In this document: in pieces, positions 42,290 through 53,407 of the stretch
How positions within the stretch are numbered: the first letter of the stretch is position 1
Layout of the letters: each line of letters begins with the position of its first letter
NCBI GenBank assembly: GCA_051294375.1
Contig: CM119263.1
Span: forward strand, 1,848,668 to 1,912,667
Direction: 5' to 3'
Source of the DNA: Paraspadella gotoi
Taxonomy: Eukaryota; Animalia; Chaetognatha
DNA length: 64,000 nt
Notes under the pieces: model-generated
What the model saw: only the letters and a program-made list of their open reading frames with translations
What the model was told of the DNA's origin: nothing
The model's database searches: none
Translations under genes and position numbers: made by a program

Positions 42290-42437
42290 AGCAGCCCCTG
42301 AGCTTCGGATCAGGCTGTAACACCGTGTTACAGGCGGGTTAAGCGCCCCGTCCCTCTTAACTGCTAGGCGACCCCCGGGCTAGAACCCCGGACCTTTGGG
42401 TTGGGAGGCGAATGACTTGCCTCCGGCACCAATGGCC
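42290..42437 (-). mobile_element. tRNA-derived SINE (Gly-CCC-like head)
   Basis: Minus strand GGCCATTGGTGCCGGAGG...CTCCCAA...GGTCCGGGGTTCTAGCCC contains A- and B-boxes; the cloverleaf is imperfect. Confidence 0.6.
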
Positions 42438-42599
42438 GCTGATGAACGGTTGATGGATTTTAGTCCACCATAAAAGGATCTCATGTTTCATCCATCTTTG
42501 TTAAGATTCAATCAATACTGAGGAAGACGGTGGTAAGTCGCCTCAATACCTTTATTTTCATCCAGTGACAGAATTTCAGTTGAAATTGAGAAGGAATGA

Positions 42600-42737
42600 C
42601 ACAGCCATTGTGACAATGACATTGACAATTACACAGCCATTGTAAACAATAACAATGACACGGACACAGCCATTGTGACAATGACAATGACACTGTCATT
42701 GTAACAATGATATTGACAATTACACAGCCATTGTGAC
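42600..42737. repeat. ~31-bp degenerate tandem repeat CACAGCCATTGTGACAATGACA...
   Basis: CACAGCCATTGT recurs four times. Confidence 0.75.
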
Positions 42738-43415
42738 TAAGAGACCAAAGATGATCACTAGTGTTGCTGTTTACGATTGCACTGTCGTTGGTGTAATGAT
42801 ACAGTTGCAAAAATTGCAAACAATCGTCTCTCCCCGAATGGACTTGAGTCAATAATGCAAAATGGAAGTCAGCCGAACCTCGTTTCTATAATTTTCGAGG
42901 ATAAAAAAAAAATACTTTGGTTTGCGGTTGATCTAAAAATAATAATTGATTTTTGTTATGTCGGTCTGTCTGTCTCATGTTTTCTTTTATTTTCTTTTTT
43001 ATTCTCTATTCTATTCTAACAATTCCTTTTTCTACTTTTTTTCTCTACTTTTCTTTTCTTTCCTTTCCTTTCCTTTCCTTTCCTTTCCTTTCCTTTCTTT
43101 TCTTTTCTTTTCTTTTCTTTTCTTTTCTTTTCTTTTCTTTTCTTTTCTTTTCTTTTCTTTTCTTTCCTTTCCTTTCCTCTCCTTTCCTTTCCTTTCCTTT
43201 CCTTTCCTTTCCCTTTCTTTCCTTTCCTTTTAAAAGTTTTAATGTCAGAAAAACACTACGCCATTAGACAATTGAATCTGCTTATGGACAGACAGATTAC
43301 GACTACGATCAAACAAACAGTCCAACTGCTTTTAAAAGTTCCAAACGATTATGAATTCTCGTTAGATTATGGAAATAATAATCATGCTGTCTTTAAATAC
43401 AAATTCTCTTCTCCT

Positions 43416-43497
<82 letters not shown>

Positions 43498-43992
43498 AGG
43501 GATTCGACATCAAGAAGTTCAAAATCTGGCGGGTGGCAAAAGGGGAAGGATGGGGGTGGGGTGAATAGGGAGGAGAAGGGGGAGAGGAGGGGGCGTGAGG
43601 GGAAGAGGGTGGCCGTGGGGTCGCCAGTCGCCTCATTAATCCATGCCAGTCTTTTATCTTTCTTTTTCAAAATTCGTTTCGATTCATTTTCTTTCCCCAT
43701 TAATCGCCCCCTACCTTCAGAAGAGAGAGATGAGCGAGAGAGAGAAACAAGAGAGAGGGAGGAGAGAGAGAGAGAAGAGAGAGAAGAGAGAGAGAGAGAA
43801 AGAGAGAGAGAGACACGATGCTCCCGAGTTGGCACAGAGAGGAATTTACACAAACTCCTTCCTTTTTCCTCAAGAGAGGGCATTTTTTTTCTCAACGTTC
43901 GAACGTTAAGTTCGGGTTATTTATTACTCGCGAAAAAAGATTGTGGCAAAGACACCGAGAGAATTTCTTTTCATTGACAAAATAAATTTTAG

Positions 43993-44105
43993 ACCCGGAT
44001 GTACGATCTGCGAACCGGAAGTGCGATCTCTTGCCAGGATGTGAGATCTGCCAACCGGGTGTCCAATCTATAAACAGGAAGTGCAATCTATAAATGGATG
44101 TGCAT
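43993..44105. repeat. 20-bp degenerate tandem repeat with ETS-like core (ACCGGAWGTGCGATCT)
   Basis: Five to six units: accggatgt, accggaagt, ccaggatgt, accgggtgt, acaggaagt, atggatgt. Confidence 0.7.
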
Positions 44106-44846
44106 TGAGCAGTCTGAGTCCGGATGTTTTGAACAAAGATAGTTTTTGTCGTCGCAACGTAAATATATGGTGAATCTAGACTCAATAATACACGAAAAAG
44201 GGGAATAGTATGGCAACAGCCGGGCGGCATCTCACTGGCGGCTTCCGACACTCAGTGACGCCGCCAGTCATCTTTAAAAAGTGATGGAGGCCTTAAACCA
44301 CCTGTAGGAAATTTTTTTACGAGGGTCGCACGTTCGATTCGTCGGCCGTAGGTTGAACTGGCTTTAACATGGAACAAGGTTTTCTAAATCTCGAATGACG
44401 TAAATGTTGAATAAATAACGAATAAATCGCGAATAAGTTTGTTTATTGTAAAGGTAAATAAATGGCGAAATTAATGGAGTACAATACGTTCGTCTAGAAA
44501 ATCCTTGGATTCCGTAAAAACTAGGGTTCCATACAGACAATCTTTTCCAGAGAAACGATTATGATCGAATGACAAGTGACGAGGTTTTCGGCTAAAAGAA
44601 AGTTACATTTTGAATAAATTACATTAATCTTTAGTGTACGCGCATAAACGTATGCATGCATAGTGCCTACGTGTATGTTAACTTTAGTATTCGTATGAAT
44701 GCCGACATCAAACGCGGTTGCGAAGCCGAAGCTTAATATATCGAACTTAAGATGATGGAATTATCTAAGGACGACGACAACGACAATTATTCTTACTTTC
44801 TTTCCCTATTTCTTTCTCTCTTTTTTTCATTCGTTTTTTCTTTTTT

Positions 44847-44898
<52 letters not shown>

Positions 44899-44909
44899 TA
44901 TTTATCTAT

Positions 44910-44996
<87 letters not shown>

Positions 44997-45527
44997 TTTC
45001 TTTCTTTCCCTCTTTTTTCTCTTTCTTTCTTTCTTTCTCTAATTCTTTCTCTTTTTTTTTATTCATTCTTTCTTTCTTTCTTTCTTTCGTTCTCTCTTTC
45101 TTTCTTTCTTTCCCTCTTTTTTCTCTCTTTCTTTCTTTCTTTCTCTTTTTCTTTCTCTCTTTTTTTCTTTCTTTCTTTCTTTCTTTCATTCTTTCTTTCT
45201 TTATTTTTTTTTTAACTTTTTTTTCTATCTTTTTCTTTCTTTCTTTCTTTCTCTCTTTCTTTCTTTCTTTCTCTCTTTCTTTTTTTCCTTTTTTTCATTC
45301 TTTCATTCATTCTTTCTTTCTTCCTTTCTTTCTTTTTTCTTTCTCTCTTCCTTCATTCATCCCATTAATTCATCCCATTCATTCAAACTCTCTTCTCCCG
45401 GTTTCCAAGATATTGTCGCCACCCTCAACACTAACCCGCCAAGCTATATTCAACGCATATCGTCCACATTGTTCGCTCCGACGCTCTTTTCGCTCTCTCC
45501 CTAGATCCCTCTCTGTCTCAATCTTAC

Positions 45528-45604
<77 letters not shown>

Positions 45605-46679
45605 CTCTCTTAGATATGTGACCTCACCCTCGCAACGTTTACTTTCCTCCGTCAACAACAACAACAAAAAAAATCCTCGATTTTTAATATCCTCCTCCTC
45701 CTCCCTCCTCCTCCTCCTCCTCTTCCTCCTCCTCCGTGCTTGAAAAGAAAGAACCAAAAAAAAAAAAGAAAGAAGGAAAAGAATCAAATATTCGAAACTA
45801 CGATAACATTTTTTGCTTTAAATAAGAAAGAAGCGCCTGTCAAGGAAATTCTCTCTCTGCTCCGAAACTATAGAAAAGAAAATACTCTTTCTCTTCAAAG
45901 AAAAATTATATATATAAAGAAATACTGGCAAAAGAAAAGAATAAAAGGAAACAAATAAAAAGAAAAGCACAGAAGTGAAAATAAAAAACGGACGCACCAA
46001 AAAAGAATCAAAACTAAAAAAAGTGGAAACCCCAAAAAAATAAACAAACAAAAGATACCAAAGAAAACAAAAAGGAAAAATAACAATTTTTTCTCTCTCT
46101 CTCTTTCTCTCTTTTTTTCAAACATTTAATACGATTCACTTACTTTCTGAGGATCAATAAAAACGCAAATGTTTTTTTCTCAAAATGCACAAACTGCATC
46201 GAATAAGTAATCGCACGCACGTCTGCAAAAAGAAAAAAGAAAATAAATAAACAAGTAAATGAAAAAGTAAATAAAAAAGGGGAGAAAAAAAAACAGGGAA
46301 GAGAAAAAACCGGAGGGATAAATTCGTGTGTGTGAGTGAGAGAGAGAGAGTTTCGCGGCGCCAAGGCCGAAAGCGTCTCAGATTCTCAGAGTGAGAGCGA
46401 GATGCCTCTTTAAATTTCCGAGAAAAAAGGGAAAAAGGGAAGTTAAAAGGAATAGAAAAAGGAAGGCGCTAAAAAAAGGAAAATAAAATTCGTCTCTGAA
46501 TGCGATTCACTGTTGATCCATCTGAACACGTCATATTTTTTTTTTCAAATCTTCGAGAAAAATAAGAAAAAAGAATAAAAAAATATATAAAATATTATTT
46601 CCGTCACTAAATTCCTCGCATCGGAAATATAAAGAGAAAAAATATCCAAAGAAAAATAAGTGAGAAAAATTCAATCCTG

Positions 46680-46768
<89 letters not shown>

Positions 46769-46854
46769 TTCTCTCTCTCTCTCTGGGAAAACAGAGAGTA
46801 AACAAATGATAAAGGAGGGCGGAAGTGAATAGAGAAAAAGCGTCAACTTTCGTT

Positions 46855-47690
46855 TCAACCAATGAAAAGGAATAAAAATGAGACGTAAGGCCGGAAGGAC
46901 GTGTCCGTTCCGGCGCCGGATGCGATCCCCACATCCGGTCGGTTTCCGTTGAAACCGGAAGTCGCTTTTATCGTTGACGCCATCTTTTTTTGGTGTGGAC
47001 GTTAAATCCGAATTAGCGAGATCGACCGCGAAAAAAAAACTGATTTAGTGGAAAAAACAAAAACGAAACGGATTTAGCGAACTTATTGGATTTATTTTCA
47101 AATCGATCGGATCGATCGGACCAAAAGGAATTGAATTGAATTGAAAATTGAATTGAAAATTGAATTGAAAATTGAATTGAAAATTGAATTGAAAAGTGCC
47201 GAACCGAATGGAAATTCCAGTCCCTCTTCTTACCCTTCTCTCTTCTGTCCCTTATTCTAATGAGTCATTTCCACCCTCTAACGAGAAAAAAAAAAGATTC
47301 TAGTGTGAATTCGAAAGAAAAAGATGCGTAAAAGTGTGCATAACATGGCCCACGCCGTAAAAGTGTGCATAACATGGCCCACGCCGTCCACGCCCTTATC
47401 TTCGATATCGAACCCACAATCTCCACAACTTTCTCGAGGTCCGCAAAGACCACAACCTCCACCACAAATAACCACATATACCCACGGCGCCATCTTTGAT
47501 CCGCCTCCTCCCAATACGCGTTGAGAATCGATTCGAATTATCGTCGAGAGAGAGAAAATCTCACGCGCCCTCTAGCGGAGGAGGCCGCGCCCATTTTCTT
47601 CGCCCCCCTGACGACAAACTCAGCCCCCTGATCAGCTGCCACGCCTCACCAATCTCTCTTGGGCCCAGCCCCAATCAGGTTTGTGTGTTT
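46855..47690. promoter_or_regulatory. Probable divergent promoter region with CCAAT, ETS, YY1 and CTCF motifs
   Basis: CCGGAAGT (~46955); CGCCATCTT twice (~46978, ~47488); CTCF core GCGCCCTCTAGCGG at 47565-47578; several CCAAT. Minus-strand AAGATGGCG start at 46983 (MASTIKATSG...) and plus-strand donor ccaatcag|gtttgt at ~47678. Confidence 0.55.
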
Positions 47691-47944
47691 GGCAATTGTT
47701 TGTAACGGATACAGATAGGTGACTGCCCAAATTAGTTTGTTTTTTATTATTTTGATAAACTTCAAAATCTAATAATTTCTAAAGTGTTTTATATTACTAA
47801 CTGATAAAACAAAAAAAATTGTTATGATGTTACTACTTATTTTGTAAGATATATTAGAATATCCTGTCAAAAATTTAAAATTCGATTTATAGTAGTACAA
47901 TCCTACAATTTTTTTCAATTTTGGTTTTCTCTGGACCTTTCTTT

Positions 47945-48178
47945 AACAATAATTACATTATGTATAGACTTTCGATTTCGTTGTTTTTTAGCATTTAGGA
48001 AAAACAGTTTTAATGTGGCAACAAATTTTATTGACAAGTAAGTCGGACATGTTTCGACTCTTATAGAGTTAGAGTCTTCATCAGCATCTAACTCTATAAG
48101 AGTCGAAACATGTCCGACTTACTTGTCAATAAAATTCGTTGCCACATTAAAACTGTTTTTCCTAAACAATAATTACAT
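47945..48178 (-). mobile_element. Penelope-like non-autonomous insertion: inverted pLTR arms, tail and 14-bp TSD
   Basis: 80-bp inverted arms (47994-48073 and 48087-48166, one mismatch), a 35-bp one-sided extension (47959-47993), flanking direct repeat AACAATAATTACAT (47945-47958 and 48165-48178), a hammerhead core and AATAAA. Confidence 0.75.
48041..48090 (-). ncRNA. Minimal type I hammerhead ribozyme
   Basis: AGATG-CTGATGA-A-GACTCT(AACTCTATA)AGAGTC-GAAAC-AT-GTC-CGACT: complete core, 6-bp stem II, palindromic ACATGT stem III and a GUC site. Stem I is weak. Confidence 0.75.
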
Positions 48179-48250
48179 ATATCACAGAACTCTTAGTAGT
48201 TTTCTTTTAATTCCGCCTTTCCCCCCCCCCTCAGGCAGCCCAAAACCACC

Positions 48251-48428
48251 ATGGATTCGGTGCGCTATTGGTGGCGAAAGAAGGTGACTTCGGCGACCAC
48301 CTCTCCAGACGTGGTGCGTCGAAACCCCCTGGGCAACGTCGTCACCCCGGCCAACATCCCTTCCTTCACGATTCCCATCCCGGTCGTTGAGATTCAAACG
48401 AGTCCAGCACAAAAAATCGACCCTGAAA
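48251..48428 (+). CDS. First coding exon of a C2CD4-like protein
   Basis: Acceptor ctcag| at 48234, ACCACCATGG Kozak context and donor GAAA|gtgaga (phase 1). MDSVRYWW...NVVTPANIPSFTIP resembles the C2CD4 N-terminal motif NVLTPDxIPxFFIPP. Confidence 0.55.
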
Positions 48429-48479
48429 GTGAGACAGGTTTACGTGAGTTGAGCAAGTATGTCATCCTTCACAATCGCT

Positions 48480-48714
48480 TCCCCCGGGGGCGGTGCTGGG
48501 GGCGGCCAGGCAACGGGAGGATAGCCTGTGATACCCGGGGCGCGGGGTATCTCACCAACTGGCGTAGGGGCTGCGGACCCTCAGTAACCGCCTCCTGTCA
48601 CTGGCATGTTTATACCGGCACCGTCACATTTAAGCCAGAACCGGGATACCCAGGGATTGAACCCGGGACGCACGGATGGAATGAGATGATTTAGCCTGCT
48701 CAGCCATTGAGACG
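48480..48714 (-). mobile_element. tRNA-derived SINE in an intron
   Basis: Minus-strand A-box TGGCTGAGCAGG and B-box GGTTCAATCCC, followed by a GC-rich body. Confidence 0.6.
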
Positions 48715-49026
48715 AGGCTGAGGACGGACAGCAGTGAGGCAGCTTTAAGTCTTGCTGCCACAGGATCCCCCCACCAGACTTCTCCACAGGGGCCTCAATC
48801 CTGAGGAGATGTCTGAGAGAAGGTTTTGATCTCATTGCCATAGTGAGAGCGAGAGCGAGCGAGCGAGTCTGGAGCGTTACCAGAGAAGTAGGGCATAGGC
48901 GTGATATGCATACCCTAAGCGACGTAAGCGTGGGCGCACGGTGCGCAGCGGTTGCGTGTTCGATAGTAGGGCTCACCACATAATCAGAAAGTATATTTTC
49001 TCATCTAAACTTTGCTCTCTCTTTAA

Positions 49027-49285
49027 CTCGCCCCTGGGGGAGCAGTTTTTTGCTCCCCAAGGGGTTACCCCCAAGGGCAGACTTTTTTGGGCCCCAGGGG
49101 GCTAAGCATTAGGGGCGCCCCTAATAGACCCAAAATGTTGGCCCCAGGGGGAACCCCCCTGGGGCGGCCCCCTGAGGCAATCCAGAGGGGGCGCCCCCTC
49201 AATGACCATTTTGCTGCTCCCCCTGGAATAGTCTGCCCCCTGGGGCCGCCCCTAGAGCCGCCCCGCGGGGCGGAGGATTTGGGAG
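49027..49285. repeat. GC-rich array of short palindromes (MITE-like)
   Basis: CCCCTGGGGGAGCA..TGCTCCCCAAGGGG, ATTAGGGGCGCCCCTAAT, CCCCAGGGGGAACCCCCCTGGGG, GAGGGGGCGCCCCCTC. Confidence 0.65.
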
Positions 49286-49932
49286 ATGACATATCTCGAG
49301 TTGAGTGTGTCGGATATTTATAAAATAATATGACACTTCTGTTTTGTATAGTATGTAGATTTAGGCGAAGTTTATGAAACGAATTCATTCAGGGAAAAGA
49401 GCACTAAATAGTAAACAATATTCGTTTTCGTCAATATATATATTCTCTACTTTTGTTATGAATTCAAAGAATTTACTTGTTTTTCAAAAGTAATAAAAAT
49501 TACCGATAAAATTTGTTTCATTTTTACTCGAAAATACCTGATTAGGAGTAAATGTATTAACAAAACCTCATTATACCTAGATGCAATAGGGTTTACAATA
49601 TGGACGAATAAAATTTCCACCCTAAACCACAAATCCCGCCACAATGACTTTCGCCGTCTTTGACCAGACGCTCACCTCGTCGTCTTTGGGGGAGGAAGGG
49701 GGGCGCGGTCGACGACGGAAACGAAACGCGAAATCATCGCGAACAAAAGAACACGAAAACAAAACAGAAAAAAACAAAGAAACAAAGAAAACAATCAGAA
49801 AACATTGCGTCTTCAACCGAAGGCTGACAAAAGCGAAGAGAAAGTCCGCGACGTTGAGCGAATGATAACTTGGCTCGCGATGTCAAAAACAATAACAACA
49901 TAAATAACGAGAGAGAGAGAGAGAGAAGCGAA

Positions 49933-49963
<31 letters not shown>

Positions 49964-50360
49964 GAGAGATAGATTCCATCCCGCGCGGTCATTTTAGGAT
50001 GTAAATTTCTTTCGGACGAATGAGCAGAATATTTTTTTCACATTATTTTCTCATTTTTTTTCTCTTATCTCCGCTGGTGCTGTTTCATTAACCCTTCGAG
50101 GAGTTTCGGGTCAACGAATGCAAATTAATGTAAATCGCGGTTCCAACAGTCAAAGGGAAAGGGGAGAGTCTCGCGTATGGAATCATGAAGGCGTTTGAGG
50201 TTGATGATTGATTTCAAAGCCGATGGGATAATTTGAATTTTAAATTTGTATTTTAACAATTTTATTCCAAAAAAATATTGATGAATTTAATGAAACGAAA
50301 AATCTGAAAGATCAAAAGTAGAAACTTGAGTAAAGGGAGAAAAGGAGGAACAAATATCTC

Positions 50361-50432
<72 letters not shown>

Positions 50433-50484
50433 AGAGAGAAGAGAAGAAAGAGAGAGAAGAAAGAGAGAGAAAGAAGAGAGAGAA

Positions 50485-50540
<56 letters not shown>

Positions 50541-50555
50541 CTCTCTCAAAACTTA

Positions 50556-50876
50556 TGTAGAGCACGAACTCTTTTGTAAAGTCATCGGATATTGGAAATT
50601 CATTTTCCCCGTTGTCGTTTTGTTTTTCTGCTGAAAACGACTTTCCTTTTCCCCAAAAGATGTCGCATACGAGGTCAACGTTGCGACGCAGTATTTTTAT
50701 TTCCTTGAATATTTAAGCTCATTTCTTTTTCGTTATCCTTCCCTCCTAACAATGGCGTTGGAACAACTCGCTTTGACGCCCGAATTGATGCAGCGCCATC
50801 TAACGTCTTAAAAGGTTGACCGATAACGCGTGTCGTGGACTTGACGTAATGTTGGCGTTGACATTCGGACACGTGA
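50556..50876 (-). CDS. Possible C2-domain exon fragments (frameshifted)
   Basis: Across 1-2-nt indels: RVRMST..YVKSTTRLSVNLLR (~50800-50876) and ttttcag|QKNKTTTGK...YP.FTKEFVLY (50556-50630), resembling C2 beta1-2 and KxKT..K...PxFxExF. Confidence 0.3.
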
Positions 50877-51098
50877 CTCAAAATAAAGCTTTTAATCATA
50901 ATCTTAATCTTAATTCATATAAAAAAATAACCGTGAATACAATAATCAAAATAGATATTTCATATTCATCAAACATCGAAACATTTAACACGTAACGTGT
51001 AACATCAAACACGTAAGCAGTGAATCAATTAATTAGTTATTATCATTTAGTATTATTAATTATATTATTATAACTCCCCCCATTCTCTCCCCCACCAG

Positions 51099-51281
51099 CC
51101 CTCCAGCCTTCCAAGAATCCCCTCCAACCTCTGGACAAACCGACGCCCAAAGAGGCGCCGCCGCAACGAAAGACTTCAACGTCGATGGGGCGCAACGACG
51201 GCTTCGGCTACACCGTCCCCTCGCCCTTCCAACTCAGCAACATCGGGCACAATCACCTCACCAACGCTTTCGTCAAAGCGG
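51099..51281 (+). CDS. Candidate internal exon (phase 1 to 1), gene assignment uncertain
   Basis: cccaccag| ... GCGG|gtaagg; 183 nt open frame LQPSKNPLQPLDKPTPKEAPPQRKTSTSMGRNDGFGYTVPSPF... Confidence 0.45.
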
Positions 51282-51700
51282 GTAAGGATTGGGGAAAGGG
51301 GGAAAGATAAAGGGGTGGGTGAGTAGTTTGGGGGGGAGAGAGGAAGGGAGGAGGGATTAAAGGAGGTAGGGTGAGTTTTGGGAAGGAGAGGGGAAAGGGG
51401 GAGGGATTAAAGGGAAGGGTGATGAAGGGTGAGGAAACTGTGAGCTGAGGCGTAGTTAAAATTGTAAAAATTTACTTTAAATAAAATTCTAAAAGTAAAA
51501 AAAAAATTTATTAGAAATTTACGGAATGGGATGTTTAATTGTTTATACATAGTACTAACTTTATAAATGTTAAAATTTCCAAATTGTTTTTTGAAGAAAA
51601 AAAAAATTGCAGATTAGGATTCGCAATGAAAAGTTGACTTAAAGATTATAATTGTTTTTAAAAATCCTTGCATTAATTTGGTCAGTAAAATATATTTTTT

Positions 51701-51975
51701 AAAAGGCCTGATAGAATGAAGGCAAAAGGCCTGATACATTTAAGGCAAAAGGTCTGATAGAATGAAGGCAAAAGGTCTGGTAGAATGAAGGCAAAAGGCC
51801 TGATAGAATGAAGGCAAAGGGCCTGGTAGAATGAAGGCAAAAAGCCTGATAGAATGAAGGCAAAGGGCCTGGTAGAATGAAGGCAAAAGGCCTGGTAGAA
51901 TGAAGGCAAAAGGCCTGATACAATGAAGGCAAAAGGCCTGATCGAATGAAGGCAAAAGGCCTGACGGAATTAAGA
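51701..51975. repeat. 23-bp minisatellite AAAAGGCCTGATAGAATGAAGGC (~12 units)
   Basis: Head-to-tail units with no spacers. Confidence 0.9.
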
Positions 51976-52506
51976 TTTAGAGAAAAGTAGAGGACCGAGG
52001 TTCTTGATGAAAGAAAGAAAAAAAATCCTGATGAAATATAGAGAAAGGGGCCTGATAGAATAATAGTAGAAGTCCTCTCCAGTAAGTTCAGATGTGCCAG
52101 ATGGAAAGAAGGCATAGAGGTCAAATGGAAAGAAGGCATAGAGGCTAAATGGAATAAAGGTTACGGGTTTTAATTTCGTACAGAGCCAAACCATATGATT
52201 CTGCCAAGTGGGCCCGGCACCGAAGGCGTGGCATCGCAACGGGCGTCTGTTTTTCTCAAATCAGATTCTTGTTTTTCGCCGGCGTCAAAATGCCGGCGCC
52301 TCTCATCCATAAATTAGCGACGGCGGCCTGGAGCAATTAACGCCCTGACTCGTTTGAAACTTTTAATATAAAAGAGGAACCAGGAGCAAAACAAACAAAC
52401 AATCTCGACAAGCGGAATCAACATTGCGAAACGGACTCGCCGATTAAAAACGAGACTCTCTCTCTCTCTCTTCTCTCTTCATACTCTCTCTAACTCTCTC
52501 TCTCAC

Positions 52507-52724
52507 CTGAACGAGATTGGACCGGTAGCTCAGGGGGCTCTTGGGAGGGGAGGGTCGCGCGCGACGTCCCCTTGGAAGAAGAGCAGGGACCCGTGACGCG
52601 ATACCATCGGCGAAAGGCTGAAGTGGACGGGAGATCCGGGCTCATCAGGGACGGGGTGATTTGGTCGAGGACGGCGTGCGACAGGGTGTATGGCATGGCT
52701 CGATGTTTATGCGATGGCACAAGC
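52507..52724 (-). CDS. Ser/Pro-rich exon, frameshifted (mirror starts at 63967 on +)
   Basis: caacag| ... TCAG|gtgaga; reads INIEPCHTPCRTPSSTKSP..SLMSPDLPST..RATLPSQEPPELPVQSRS across indels. Confidence 0.45.
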
Positions 52725-52904
52725 CTGTTGATGTCGTCGTCGTCGTCGTCGTTAAGGGGAAAATGAATTCAAAAGTAATCGATTTAGCGTAAAGAGTAAA
52801 AATATTATTTCAATCACGGAGAATTTAAAGATCTAATGCCAATAGGTGAGAACCCTTCGGCATCAGGGCGGTCCCAGAAGTTGCCAGGCTAGATCAATTC
52901 ACAA

Positions 52905-53064
52905 TTCTTTTCGTTGTTTGAGACGATTAAGACGTTTGAGTTAGTTTGAACAACGATTTTTTTAATTCAAAACAGACTGTTTCGGCTTCATTTCAAGCCT
53001 TCATCAGCGTTAGTTGTCAAAACTAAACTCAAACTGTCCTAATCGTCCCAAACAACGAAAAGAA
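52905..53064 (-). mobile_element. Hairpin element with hammerhead, mirror of 63617-63783
   Basis: Inverted arms ttcttttcgttgtttg... / ...caaacaacgaaaagaa around the core at 52971-53011; one base of stem III is missing in this copy. Confidence 0.65.
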
Positions 53065-53333
53065 AGGATTATATACAAAATATTTTATAAGAAATCAATC
53101 CAAACAAAAAATATCCCTGAGAGAAACGCGAGGGAAAGAGGAAAAATAGGGCTTAAGGGTGATCTCCTTCACCTTGAGTAAAAATAGGGCTCAAGGTGAT
53201 CTCCTTTACATTGAAGCGTCAGATGACAAAAATAGTAAATGGAAAAACAACTCCATAAATCAGAGAATTAAAACTTCATTTTTTTTTATATATAAACGAG
53301 AAAATATGCGACGGAAGCTCATTCTGCCATCTG

Positions 53334-53407
<74 letters not shown>

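Noticed and set aside
42370-42437. Functional tRNA-Gly gene
   Set aside because: Acceptor and anticodon stems do not pair properly and a non-tRNA body follows; treated as a SINE head.
44309-44368. EIFLRGSHVRFV resembling an Sm2 motif on +
   Set aside because: No Sm1 exon was found upstream and the minus strand gives an equally plausible exon; too short to call.
51701-51975. CRISPR-like 23-bp repeats
   Set aside because: Units are contiguous with no unique spacers, no cas genes are present and the context is eukaryotic; this is a minisatellite.
52020-52060. CTGATGA...GAAA as a third hammerhead
   Set aside because: No stem II pairing and no stem III/NUH site. Other CTGATGA hits (~11656, ~40083, ~42439, ~52642) also lack the GAAA arm.
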